A program made the position numbers and the translations under genes. A DNA stretch of 46,753 nt, taken from contig JBOZIK010000001.1 of the NCBI GenBank assembly GCA_051453625.1, positions 48,860,053-48,906,805 of the forward strand, written 5' to 3'. This document shows positions 11,907 through 25,186 of the stretch, one piece after another. The DNA comes from Welwitschia mirabilis. Taxonomy: Eukaryota. Each line of letters starts with the position of its first letter. Positions within the stretch are counted from its first letter, which is position 1. The notes below the pieces were generated by a model that was not told the origin of the DNA, did no database searches, and saw only the letters and a program-made list of their open reading frames with translations.

Positions 11907-14900
11907 TTATATTGATAAGGAATTGATCCCTAAACTAAGTTGATTTTTGAAGAACAAAAATTTTTCTTTACTCAAACTCTTAATCATAATAGCTACAATT
12001 TGTTTATTAGTTGGAATATATTCAAGAGTAATATTATCATGTTGGACATGTTCCAAAATGAAGTGATGTTTAATGTCTATATATTTAGTTCTAAAGTGTC
12101 GAAGAGGGTTATTGGTTATGTTTATTGTGCTAGTATTATCACAATAGATTTTGATTTTATCAAGTTTAACACCAAAGTTGATCATTATTTGTTTTATCTA
12201 AAGCAACTGAGTACAACATGCTCCTACAGCTATGTATTTAACTTCAGAAGTGAATAAAGATGTTGTAGTTTTCTTTCTACTTGACCATGAGACTAGGTAG
12301 TTTCCCATATAGAAGTAAATACCACTAGTAGTTTTTTTATCATTGGCACATCTTACCTAATCAGCATCACTGTATCCCTTTAGATATAATGTAGTATTAT
12401 AGTCATACTAAAGACTAAAGTTTTGAGTGAACTTGAGATACCTCAAGATTCTTTTAACATGGATAAGATGGGATTATCTAGAGTCATCTTGATATCTTTC
12501 ACAAACTCTAATACTATAGGCAATGTTAGGTCTACTAGTAGTGACATACAATAAGCTTCCTATAAGACCTTGATGTAGCTTTTGGTCTACTTTCTTTCCA
12601 AGTTTATCTTTACTTACTTTAGCCCTTGTGGACATGGGAGTTATGGTATCTTTAGATTCCTTCATGTTGTATTTAATAAGGATATCATAAACATACTTAG
12701 ATTGATAGATAACAATTCAATTCTTTCTTTTTTTTATTTTTAGTCTTAAGAAAACATTTAGTTCAACCCTTAATTTCATTTCTAATTTCTTTTGCATGAG
12801 GTTGGTAAAATCCAAGGCAGGAGAGTCTTTAGTAGATCCAAAAATAATATTGTCTACATAGATCTGAGCTATAAGAATGTTTTCTTTATCTCTTTTAATG
12901 AAGATATTTAGGTTCATACTACCCTTTGAAAAGTCATTATCTAAGAGAAAAGAATCTAGTTTATCGAACTAGGCTCTAGGATCTTGTTGTAAACCCTACA
13001 AAGATTTATTTATCTTAAAAACATGATTAGAAAATTTTGAATTAGTAAAACCTAGAGGTTGAGCTATATAGACTTCTTCATTTATAAAACCATTTAAAAA
13101 TGCGCTTTTAACCTCCGTTTGAAATAATTTTATTTTATGAAAACATGCATAAGTAAGTAACATGTAGATAGCTTCTAATCTAATAACTATAGTGAATGTC
13201 TCACCATAATTAATCCCCTCTTATTGGTAATATCTTTGAGCTACTAATCTTGCTTTGTTTTGAATAATGTTGTGATATTAATCTCTCTTGTTTTGAATAC
13301 TCATTTTGTACAAATGACATGTTTTCCTTCTGACCAAGGGAGTGGGTTCCACACTTTGTTTTGTTTAAATTGATTAAGTTCCTTTTGTATGGATAACATT
13401 CATGATTTATTGTTGTCTACTTCCTAAAATGTTTTGTTCAATGTTAGATAAAAAACAAAGGAAACTTTGGTTGATGTGCTTACCACTTCTTGTAGTGGTT
13501 CCTTCAGAGGAAGCACTTAAGATGGAATCTTCAGGATGGTTCCTTTTGATTTTCATTAGAAGAAAGGAACATTATTAAAAGTCTTTNNNNNNNNNNNNNN
13601 NNNNNNNNNNNNNNNNNNNNNNNNNNNNNNNNNNNNNNNNNNNNNNNNNNNNNNNNNNNNNNNNNNNNNNNNNNNNNNNNNNNNNNNNNNNNNNNNNNNN
13701 NNNNNNNNNNNNNNNNNNNNNNNNNNNNNNNNNNNNNNNNNNNNNNNNNNNNNNNNNNNNNNNNNNNNNNNNNNNNNNNNNNNNNNNNNNNNNNNNNNNN
13801 NNNNNNNNNNNNNNNNNNNNNNNNNNNNNNNNNNNNNNNNNNNNNNNNNNNNNNNNNNNNNNNNNNNNNNNNNNNNNNNNNNNNNNNNNNNNNNNNNNNN
13901 NNNNNNNNNNNNNNNNNNNNNNNNNNNNNNNNNNNNNNNNNNNNNNNNNNNNNNNNNNNNNNNNNNNNNNNNNNNNNNNNNNNNNNNNNNNNNNNNNNNN
14001 NNNNNNNNNNNNNNNNNNNNNNNNNNNNNNNNNNNNNNNNNNNNNNNNNNNNNNNNNNNNNNNNNNNNNNNNNNNNNNNNNNNNNNNNNNNNNNNNNNNN
14101 NNNNNNNNNNNNNNNNNNNNNNNNNNNNNNNNNNNNNNNNNNNNNNNNNNNNNNNNNNNNNNNNNNNNNNNNNNNNNNNNNNNNNNNNNNNNNNNNNNNN
14201 NNNNNNNNNNNNNNNNNNNNNNNNNNNNNNNNNNNNNNNNNNNNNNNNNNNNNNNNNNNNNNNNNNNNNNNNNNNNNNNNNNNNNNNNNNNNNNNNNNNT
14301 TATGATAGGATTTGTTGAACACTTTGTATGCTTTACTTGAAATAGAATAACCAAGAAAAATACCATCATCAGATTTTAATTCAAATTTACCTATGTAAGT
14401 TTTATCTTTGAGAATAGTAAATTTACTTCCAAATACTTTAAAGTAACTTACATTTGGTTTCTTATCATACCATAGTTCATATGCTATCTTTATTATACTT
14501 GTTCTTAAGAAGATTCTGTTCCTTACATAACATGTAGTGTTTATGACTTTGGCTCAAAAGTGTTGAGGTAAATCATACTCATTCAGCATGATTCTAGCCA
14601 TCTTAATTAGCACTTTGTTCTTTTTTTTAGCTACTCTATTTTGTTGTGGAGTTCTTGGTGCTAAAAATTGATGTTGTATTCCATTTGTGTTATAGAACTT
14701 CTCAAATTTTTCATTCTTAAATTTACCACCATGATTAGATTGAATTTATTTAATAGTGTATCCTTTTTCATTCTATATTCTCTTGTAAACTTTAACAAAT
14801 AGATCAAATGTCTCATTCTTACTAGATAGAAATGAGACCTAACAGAAACAAAAAATCATCCACTATAATTAAAATATATTTCTTACCTCCTAAGCTTCTT

Positions 14901-17165
14901 TCTTGAGTTGGTCCAACCAAGTTAATATGAATAAGATCAAGAGGTTGATTTGTAGAAATACCTAATTCGGATTTGAAGCTTGATTTTGACATCTTATCTT
15001 TCATGCACAATTCACACATTCTTACCTATTGCATATTAAGTTTCTGAATTCCAGCCACAATTTTCTTTCTTAGAATTGTCTTTAAATATTTGAGATTCAT
15101 GTGACTGAGCCTCCTATGCCAAATGTCAATTTCATCTTCTTGCACTATAAAATACCCTTCTCCATGCTTGTCTTGGCTACCAATAACATCCATGCACTTA
15201 GATTTATTACTATTAATACAATACTATTAGTGAAAGAATTTCTAATAATACATTTAGCTTTATAAAAGGAGATAGTGTTTCCTCTATCATAAATTTGGAA
15301 AACACCTAAGAGATTATTCTTTAAACCATTAGCTAAATAAACATCATGAATTTCAGGATGGTTCTCATTTACAGTAATGGATTCTTTACCAACAATGTGA
15401 TTTTTTTCATTATCTTCAAAGGTTACTTTGCCAATGTTATAGTCTTGGAAGATTATTAACAATATCTTATCACCATTCATATGATGATAACATCTATTGT
15501 CCAAGTATCATTTTGTTATCTCTTGTACTTTAAATATTGCATGAATAAATAGAGACATAGTGGCTTTGTTCCTTATCCATTTCTAATTATTCATCTTAGT
15601 GATTGGTCTTCCTTCTAAAGTTTTAAGTTTACTTTAAGATTTATGATTATACTTGTATTTGAACTACTAGGATTTTTTGTATTAACAAGAAAATTGGATG
15701 TGATCATATTCTTGAATACATAGCACTTTAAACTAGAGACACCAAAAGAATGATACTTAACAATTGAACAAAAAAACTTCAGGGATGAAACATATCAAAC
15801 TAGATCCAATTTTAAATTTATCATTTTATTTCATTTACATTTTTAATAGATGATTCAAATTATCCTTTCTATTTACAAGTCATTCAACCACACCTTGGAT
15901 TTGAGCTAGATCGTTGTAAAAAGCCTTTATCTCTATAGAGGCCTCTTTTAGTTTCCCTTTTAGATTGCTAACCTCTTTCTTAATACAAATATTTTTCTTT
16001 CCAAGATCTAAGCTAACATGATATAGTTTTTCATAAGTAGTAGATAAATCATCATCATTACTCTCATGATTACATACCTCAGTTAAGTTAATTGAAGAAT
16101 GTAAATCAAGAGATTTACTTACATCTTCTATTATGGAGATTAGACTAAAATTTAATATATCCTTCTTCATCATTTGAGGGAGAGCTTGCATTATCCTCAT
16201 CCCAAGTAGCTTTTAAGGCTTTCTTGCCTTTGGATTTAATAAGCTTGTCCTTTAATTTATTAGTACATTCAAAAGTAATATGATTATACCCTTTTCATTC
16301 TTAACATTGAATGGAGCTAGATAGGTTTTTACCTTTGTCCATACCTTGTCTGAAGGAATGTTAAGAAGATATTCCTCCTTTTTTCTTGAGAAATTTTTTA
16401 AAATTTCTTGCTAGAAGAGGCAAGATGTTGTCTTCTAAGTCCTTACATATTGAGTGTTCTCATCGTCATTAGGTTTAGATTTAAGAGCAATATTTCTTCT
16501 CCTTGATTGATCATCTTATATCTGTAGAGATGCCTCATATTCCATGAGAGATCCTTTAAGTCCTTTAATCTTGATACATAGATATTCTTGCTTTTATCAA
16601 TGGCTGTAATCTTGGGTCTTAAGTTCTTGATGAGCCTCCTAAGGATCTTCCTCATAACATGGTTCCGAGGCATAGCTTCTCCCATGTCCTACATGTTATT
16701 CACAATGTCATTTATTTTGGAGGTTTAGTCTGCCACTGATTCTAAGTCTTCCATCATGATGTTTTCAAATTGAGCTCCTAACATTAAAATTTTGCATTTT
16801 TCATAATGTTCGTATCTTTATGAGCAACCCTTAAAGTCTCCCAGCTTTCTTGAGCTATTGTGCATTGCACCACACAGTTGTACTCTTCTAGAGATAAGGC
16901 ACAAATCAAGGCATTCATGACTTTATCATTCATTTGAGTAGTGCTTTTGTTGTCTTGATCTTGTTCACTTCTTAGTTTTGGGATGGTTTTACCACTGACT
17001 ATTTTCATAAGGGTAGTATATCCAAACTCAACCATTTTCCAAATCTCATAATCTAGGAACTATAGGAAAACGGCCATATTCTTTTTCCAGTAGGCATAGT
17101 TGGATCCTAAACACAAAAGGCGGTCTAGAGATAGATTAACTTTCTATAAAGTTTGAGGAAGCCAT
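11907..17165 (-). pseudogene. gag-pol of element 2, disrupted, spanning an N gap
   Basis: gag start MASSN..RPP...NYAYWK at 17165; protease LDNRCYHHMNG; integrase PLDLIHINLVGP; RT QIYVDNIIFGS; RNase H IYCDNTSTINI..RTKYIDIKHHFI. Confidence 0.93.
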
Positions 17166-17220
17166 TTGATCTAAAAAAACACAAGAAGAAATAAGAAAAA
17201 CCTTAATCTAGAGAAACTAG

Positions 17221-17530
17221 GTTCTACTACCAATTTATAGGGTTTTTAACTTTATTTTGAAATAAAAAATAATAAGAGTAATGAAATAAAATTAAAAACT
17301 AAATTATGCACATGAACAAAANNNNNNNNNNNNNNNNNNNNNNNNNNNNNNNNNNNNNNNNNNNNNNNNNNNNNNNNNNNNNNNNNNNNNNNNNNNNNNN
17401 NNNNNNNNNNNNNNNNNNNNNNNNNNNNNNNNNNNNNNNNNNNNGGGTTGAGATCATAAGATTTACTCTTACTTAACCAAAATTAGAGAATAATAGAGAG
17501 AAGCCTGATGAGAAATACATTTTGTAGATG
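17221..17530 (-). repeat. PBS and truncated 5' LTR of element 2
   Basis: GTTCTACTACCA resembles the reverse complement of TGGTATCAGAGC. LTR homology to ~8931-9220 stops at ~17530. Confidence 0.8.
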
Positions 17531-19029
17531 TTGGTAGTGTTGGATTAAAACATACAAGAGTCTTAATTTCACATCAAATGTAATTATTACATTGATATGA
17601 TTTTAGAGTATTGGATTCCACATTGTAATATCTTACATATGAAGAATGTTTAGATTTATAAATGTATAGTTAAAACATTCATGTTATGTGATATAATTGC
17701 TTATAATAAATTAATAATGTAAACATATTTACGTATGTTTAGTTAGTGCTTGACCATTAGTTTATGTTTGAATAGGATTATTTTAGAAGATGGATGGTTC
17801 TTATTTCTATTAATTTAAATATCCAGTTTATTTGGTTTATGCTAGTAGAATCTTTATTCCTCATAAGCATGTAAAACCCGTTCTGTATCTTTACAAAAGG
17901 TTTTAGGTAACTAATAATTATCATGGCCTAATTATTAATGTCATACTCTCATAAATACAAATATAATGGCCAAAATAATCTTTTGTTTATGTATGAAGAT
18001 ACATATCATCTTGTTTATGAAACTAGTCAGGAGCGTCTAAATACTACCTGAAGAATTACATATATGGTATAGTAAATTGTGAAAGAGAGGAAATGGGATA
18101 TATAGATATAAGGAATAATGTAAAATATAGTTTAAGGACTAAATATGTAATTAATACATATCTTATTTATGATAAAAGAAGAAAAGAATTAAATGTGTAG
18201 GAAACATAGGATTTAATCATAATTATAATTACTAGAATGAATGATTAGTATTACCTAGAGCCATTTTAAGTACCACCTTAGTAATCTATGAGGGTAGTAG
18301 AGGTAATAATCATGAATAACATCACATCATGTTATAAGTAGCAATACCATTAATCTAAGAATCTAACAATGTTTATGATAATCATTGTGACATAATGATT
18401 TCAAAAAATTTTCAATAAAACACTCATTATAAGCGATAATATGATAAAGAGATAAGTTATCAGAGTGTACAACAATGGAAAGTTGAGCCATAATGTTAGG
18501 TCCTAGGTTGCTATAATATTCCCTTTTATGAGGGATGTAACTTAAATGATCCTTAATAAGTATAAATTATGAAGTTCGGGCATAGTAATTTCAAGGGTTG
18601 GAAAATTATATGTACACTTTTGTGTACAATTCTAAGTTCTTGCATTCTTTTATGATCTAAAGAAATTCTTGTTTACTTGTTCCTTGTGATTTCTTGAAAT
18701 TCTTCTAAATTTTTTGTTTATCTTTAATAAGTTTGGAATTCTTCTATAAAAATTAGTTGTAAATTCAAAACTTCATATTATACAATGTTAATTTGTGAGA
18801 AGTGGAAAAACATTACATCATCAAAATACTTTGTGAAGTATTTTGATTTCTTATCTCTTGAATTTATCTCATAAGTTATAATCTCCTTGTTAATGATATA
18901 ATTTTTTATGCACCTTAATTTTGTAATTGATATGGTTTTTTTAGGAAATCAAGGTTATTTCAAATCAAATGTAACCATTCTTCTAGTATATACTTTTAAT
19001 TAAACAAATATTAAATTAAGAACAAATGA

Positions 19030-19796
19030 TGATTCAAGGAAATATAATTAAGTTCTAAAAGGTTTAGTAGTCAAGACAACTAGAGAGTTAAGCAACATAA
19101 AAGTCTACAAGTGAGATCTTACAAGAAACCCAAGCTACTAGGAAGTTTCTAGGAGAAAACCTCTTAAGGGGAAAGAGAATTCATATGTCTATATTTTCCT
19201 AAGATTAGAAAATCTTTTTAGTTAATTAGATAAATAATTAATTATTAGAATTTAATTACTAACAATAAGTCTAGTCATTAGTTGTTCAAAAATAATAAAA
19301 ATAATAATGGTAAAAGTAAAAATAAATATTTGCATGTTTATCTATCTTAGCAATTTATTGAAAAGTTAACTTATAGTTATTACTCTCAGTAAATTAGTTG
19401 AAAGGTTGATTTAATTGTGAAATTTACTATTACTTATATGTGATTGTTTATTCTTACAGTTTAGAATTAAATTACTTGACTTACTTTTGAAAATTAACTA
19501 TAGCTTGATGTATATATTTTTATAATTGTATATTATTCATGAAATAATAGCTATATGTGTTCTAAAGTATCTAGTCATGTTATTTGGTTGATGTAGTTTA
19601 ATATACTTAGTAATGTTTTTGGGTTATTATTTAAACCACATGGCTACACTTGGAAAGAATGGGTTATGAAAATATAAACTACTTGTAGAAACTTAACCTT
19701 TACTATTAGTTTTTAATTATAAATACCTGAGTCCCTTAGATATTAAAGTTATATACACATACCTTGTGATTATATACATGTTGGAGCTTTTGAATG
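19030..19796 (+). mobile_element. Gypsy Tekay/Del-type remnant: end of pol, PPT and start of the 3' LTR
   Basis: GCAACATAAAAGTCT looks like a decayed ATWES chromodomain motif. AGTTTCTAGGAGAAAACCTCTTAAGGGGAAAGAGAAT (19144-19180) matches the Tekay pre-LTR motif AATTTCGAGGACGAAA..TTAAGGGGGGGAGAAT. Confidence 0.5.
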
Positions 19797-21701
19797 TGTA
19801 ACTCCCAACTTTTTGAAATTGAAGAATGTTACTTTTGAAAATGTAAAACCCAACTTTTTATACTCGAAATATGTTACTTTCCTTAATATGGTCTCTTCTT
19901 CATGAAGCATTAAATGTTATTCTTTTAAAAGTAACCTACTACAATAATGAGTACTTTTAAATAATTAAAATTATGGGATAATGATACTTCTATAAATTCA
20001 ATAATTATTCTAACAAGTTATAGGTAAACAGACAATATTAAAGATTCTACAAACCTTAATATAGCCATTTTTAATAAGAAAATCGACAATCAAGAAAATC
20101 AAAATTTGTCACTTCTACTATTACAAATTCATGAAGGTATAATAAAGTATACACATGATCTAGTTTCGAAATTATTTTCAAGATCCCTCATAAAGAACTA
20201 CAAGTTCCACTCTAAGATAAATTTTTCAATATAAACTATAATAATAATTTTCATTGCTGTATTCCCTCCTCAACATTTAAGCTCTAGCTTTACCACCTAT
20301 TAACATAAAAAATATGGATTGAGAACTATGAAAATTTCACAGCTCCCAATATGATCTACATAAGGGAAGTTAAAGATTAAAAGATTCCAAATCTTAAGAT
20401 TGATAAGGCAAGAATCAAGAATTTACTAAAAAATAATGAATATTTCAATAATTTCAAATAACAATATTATGAAAATGATAAGAGAAATAACTGGCTTTTT
20501 AATAAATTTTTCATCATAAATATTTTTCCTCCACTACCTCGTTCGGCGATTTGTGGGATTCATTACCTCTCTTGGTGATCTATGGATTTCTCATAATATT
20601 TCTTTCATATTCTCTTACTTCGCTGCCTCATTCGGTGATCTATGGGGCCCACTGCCTTATTTGGTGATTTGTGGTATAATCAATCGATTAGTTCCACTAC
20701 CTCATTTAGTAATTTATGGGCTCTCATATTCCACTGCCTCATTTGGTGATCTATGAAAAACTCATTTTTATAAGATTACAAGAGTCTAAGATATAGAAAA
20801 GAAATATGAGCAAGGAATATCAACAAAAGATAAATCCTCCACAAGAATAACTTTGATTTAGATTCATAAATATTTTGTCAAACGAAAAATAGTGAAGGCC
20901 GAGATTTATATCTAGGAATGCATCTATTCAGATATTAATACATACACAGCTAGCATCTTTACAATATTACAAGAAAATAAATAAAACAGAGGTGCATAAA
21001 AGGATGCATATAAGGAACAGACCAAACAAGGAAGCACGAATGGAATGGGAATCATACCCATATTTGGTTATAGTATATAAAGACTTTAAGGCTCTTTCTA
21101 GATTCGAAAGCTTCAAGGTTTTAAGCTCCAAGTTCAAATTGCCAAGTTTTAATAACAAGGGTTTTTTTGAAGATGTGCAAAATATGAGAAGAGGGAAGTC
21201 CTATTTATAACGTGAGGATGTGAGGGTTATGAGAAGAATCATGAATATGAAGATACACCATCATGAAATGGAGTTGGTAAAAGTGGTAAGGGTTTCATAA
21301 CATCCCATCCTTACTTGCCTGGCCACTGGGCACATAATAATTGATCATAATAAATATAATTACTTTGCATTCTACTACATCCAATTTTGAAATGGAGAAT
21401 CAAAATGAGCCACTATATAATAATTTCTTTTCCATGAAAAAATCAAGAAAAGGTGCAACAATCACACAAAGAAAATAATATTATTCTAATTACTAGAAAT
21501 CATTTTTATTAACGATTATAACAAAATAATATTATGGATTTTACAAAATGAAGGACTTAAAAGCACAAAATTTCCCACAAAATAATGTTATCTTAATAAA
21601 CACAATTTCTATATTAGTTGATGACTCTATAAGTAAAACATTTATTTTAAATTTAAAATTTTAACCTAAATCTTTGGACCTTTAAAAGTCTGGATGTGAT
21701 A
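19797..21701 (-). repeat. 3' LTR (~1.9 kb) of a Tekay/Del-type Gypsy element
   Basis: Minus strand: pre-LTR motif and PPT at 21702-21738, LTR start TATCACATCC at 21701, TATA TATAAATAGG at ~21200-21210. A TGTAACTCCC/TGTAAAACCC terminus at 19797/19842 is the likely other end. Confidence 0.65.
20531..20755. repeat. Six ~27-bp spaced repeats, consensus CCACTGCCTCATTYGGTGATCTATGGG
   Basis: Copies start at ~20531, 20560, 20620, 20649, 20694 and 20731 with spacers of ~2-35 bp; all lie inside the Gypsy LTR. Confidence 0.9.
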
Positions 21702-23650
21702 TTACTCCATTCCTTAAAAAGTTTCATCCTCAAAACTTGTATGAAAAACACTTAATTCTTCACTACAAGACATCTATTTTATATTCCCAAGTAGCTTTTG
21801 CTTTTGTTTATCTTAGTTGTTGTACATTATAAGGTTGAATTTATCTTCCTCTACTCTTGACTTTGACTTCAACGCATATGCTCTAAAATTTATAGTGTAG
21901 GTCAACTCCAAAATTTACAAAAATTCTTTTGTTATACCTAACCTTTTAACTTTCCTTGCTTCCTAAGTTGGTAATGGTTATTAGATTAAGATGGCAGTAA
22001 TTATATTAAGGTTGGTTCTTCCATATAATATCAATTTGTATTAAACTTGATGTAAGCTAGTTTTAAAAATGGTTACCATAATGATTTCAAATAATGAATA
22101 TTTTTTATTAATATTCTACTAAAAGTTTTGATTTATTTTTGAAAATATCATAAGAATCTTTAACTATAAAATTTATTTTACTAAACTAGACACACCATCT
22201 TACAACACATGCATGTATTAAATTGATTACTTTTGGACTTAAGTTTTTAATTTGATGAATGCCAAAATAAGATAGTTAAAGATAAGGAAGTAAAGGATAG
22301 CCAAAGCAATCATAATACCTAAATCACTGGTCTAAACCTATAATATTTCTCTAGAATACTTATTTGTACAAGTTGTATTTCTGACCAATTCCAATATTTC
22401 TGTGAATATATATTAAAGAATAACCATGTGTAAAATATACTATAGCTTTGCCTCAAATGTGATTTAGGTAATTTGCTAACTTTAGAAAACAAGTAGCTTT
22501 TCCAACTAAAGAGTAAGACCTACATTTACACCAGTGCATTTACTTCTTTACCATTCATAATGATCACCGTTGATAACACAACTTTATACATGCATTTGGA
22601 AACTTCATATTTGTGATCGCGGCTCTTTCCAACAGCTACATCATTAGATTACTGGCTTTCTTAATGGCCATTTGTTCATATTCTTGACCCCCTTTTTTTT
22701 GGATTTAATAATCACACTTACTTCCTCTTTAGCTACCAACATGCTCTCATAATATTGCATGTCATTACTTAAATGTTGAAATTTCTTCCACTGTTGTGTG
22801 ATTCCTCCCAAGATATTTATGTCTTAAGAGGTATGGCCATTACTATTAATATCAGAAGGTTTCAAGATTATCATCTCTAAGAAAATTAACACTATTTCTA
22901 AGCTTAAAAGAGCTAACTCCTTAGAGGGCCTTCTTGCTAAGTTCTCTCATGATCTTAGATAAAGCTTCATAGCCTCTTCACAAAGTAGGAAAACCGTGAT
23001 TTTGATTCTATGTCCTTCTTGCATCTCTTGAATTTAAAAGGAAGAAAGCCTAGTGTTGTGAAATCCTCTGCATTTGTCAAATGATACTCCTTCAATCACT
23101 CTTGAGCTCCTCCTTTGAATAAGAAAGCTTTTATTTTCTTAGAATTATAATAGGATCCTTCAAAAAGGAGCTAGAATATTAGGTATTTGGCCTTACATAG
23201 GTTCAAGTTATGTTTAAAGAGGAGAAACCCTACAAAATTAATTTTTCTTTAAACAACACACTCCAACCTAAAGCTAAACCTTTGCTCACCATTAGAATTC
23301 CTAAAGAAAAATGCTTCTCCTATTAAAGCACCGATGTAAAAATTTATTATTAGATATTATCTACTTCTTGAACAATACTCTCTTTTCCATTACTTGCTGC
23401 TACAAATAGTGGCTTCCTATTTCTTTGATTAGAATCTAAAACTAATAATAATAATCATGCTAGCAATCACTCCAGGATGGCATAGATTACCTACATTATC
23501 TTCGTTGCATGGCTCAGTCTAAGACTTTTTCTTTACCCTTCTTTGCTACTCTTAGAATCATAAAACATGATTTCAAGTTTACAAGGGAGAATAAGGAGAA
23601 AAACAATTAAATTACGCCAAATTATTGATGTCGAAAATGTGATTCTGATA
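21702..23650 (-). mobile_element. Highly decayed, internally deleted Gypsy gag-pol
   Basis: KATWE chromodomain motif (~21785-21800), RT-like GIHQIK..ACVVR (~22190-22270), gag-like KITVFLLCEEA (~22970-23005). Confidence 0.5.
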
Positions 23651-23899
23651 GTTAAACTATTTGCATCTACAAAAACCTCTACCACTTAGAAGAATAGCCT
23701 ATAAAAATGTTCAAACCCTATGAAGAGCTAATGATTATCACTCAAAGTGAAAAGAATCTCAATATCACCAAAGATCAAAGCAATATGGCTCTTAGGTTTG
23801 CTATGTATTAAAAAACACAAGAAAAAATCTAGAATGAAGTAAGTTTAGCATTTTGAAGGGATTGTGAATAATACAACAGAGGCAAAGTAATCAAAAAAT

Positions 23900-25086
23900 T
23901 TCAAATATAGCAAGCTGAACTTGACTACTACTAGTTTTTATTAAAATACAAGGCTCAATCACGATGTCTTTGTAATGGTCTATAACATACAGCATTCAAC
24001 TATTAATGCACCACATAGTGTTAAACATAAAAAGGGGATAGGAACAAAAGTTGCATCTAGTTGAGTTGCATGCTTAAATTTAGTTTAGTTTTAAAGATTC
24101 TTATTTGAGAATAATGATCAAAAACTAAATATCATGTTGGGCTTTTATTGAAAAGTCCACATAGAATTTCTTAAAAATGTGTTGTATCATGAGTTGAATT
24201 CCCTTTTTTTCCCACATCGAATTAGTTAATCCAGTGGAAAATAATTAATGCATATAATTAGAAGGAAGAAAAATTTTCTTTAAAATGCACATGATTAAAA
24301 TTTTTTATATATTCAAGAATTTATATAGACCAACTAAATGTTTTATAATAGAATCCTAAGGATAGGATAGAAATAAGAATTTGAAATGATTTAAAATTTC
24401 CTTTTTATTTAATGCAAGTATAATTATTACTTATTATTATGACTATAATAATTTCTTTAAATGTTTCTTCATTTTAATGTTTTATTAATAAACATTTAAA
24501 GGTTGAAAGTTATGTCCAAAGGCTTACCATAAGTATATGCTTAGAGTTTTCTAAAAATCATGTTACAAGTGGTTTCTTGTTGGTACTATCCATATTTTCA
24601 ACCTATAAACCTACAAATGTATAAGGGTTTTTAGTCCAAATAATGGTAATATGCTCGGTATCCACTCTTATGTGATTTTAAAAGTCTAGAGAAGAGCTAA
24701 GCTTTCTTATTCAATTTCCGAGGATAAAAATTTTTAAGGGATGGAGAAATGACATGTTCATGCTTTTTAATGTTCAAAGATTTAGCTTAAAAATTTAATT
24801 AAAATAATTTTTTTATTATTATAGAGTCGTCAAGATAATACAGGTATTGTATTTAATGAGAAGACATTATATTGTGGAAAATTTTGTGCTTTTAAGTCCT
24901 TCATTTTGTAAAAGCCATAATATTATTTTATAAATCCTTAAGAAATTTCTTTAGTGGTTGCATCAACATTATTTTCCTTATGTGATTGTTGCACTATTCT
25001 TAATTTTACATGGAAAAATATTAATATATAATGGCTCATTTTAATTCTTCATTATTATAATTACATGTGATATTTTTATTTATTAT
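23900..25086 (+). mobile_element. Tekay-type integrase remnant, PPT and start of the 3' LTR; same family as the minus-strand copy
   Basis: HIVLNIKRG*EQKLHLVEL (~24010-24068) resembles the integrase motif CVLDFKGSWEEHLPLVEF. The PPT motif is at 24713-24749, and 24750-25055 is the reverse complement of ~21390-21701. Confidence 0.72.
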
Positions 25087-25186
25087 NNNNNNNNNNNNNN
25101 NNNNNNNNNNNNNNNNNNNNNNNNNNNNNNNNNNNNNNNNNNNNNNNNNNNNNNNNNNNNNNNNNNNNNNNNNNNNNNNNNNNNNN

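Larger units (their letters stand above)
8895..17530 (-). mobile_element. Second Sirevirus-type Copia element, near full length, degenerate; 5' LTR truncated
   Basis: On the minus strand: degenerate Met-PBS (17221-17232), gag-pol, env-like ORF, two PPTs and the 3' LTR. The LTRs match (17237-17321 vs 8931-9016; 17445-17517 vs ~9138-9211). Confidence 0.92.

Noticed and set aside
17538-18820. Possible additional LTR starting TGTTGG that truncates element 2
   Set aside because: No matching end, PBS, PPT or TSD could be identified.
20531-20755. CRISPR-like repeat-spacer array
   Set aside because: Repeats are degenerate, spacers run ~2-35 bp, there are no cas genes, and the array sits inside a plant Gypsy LTR.
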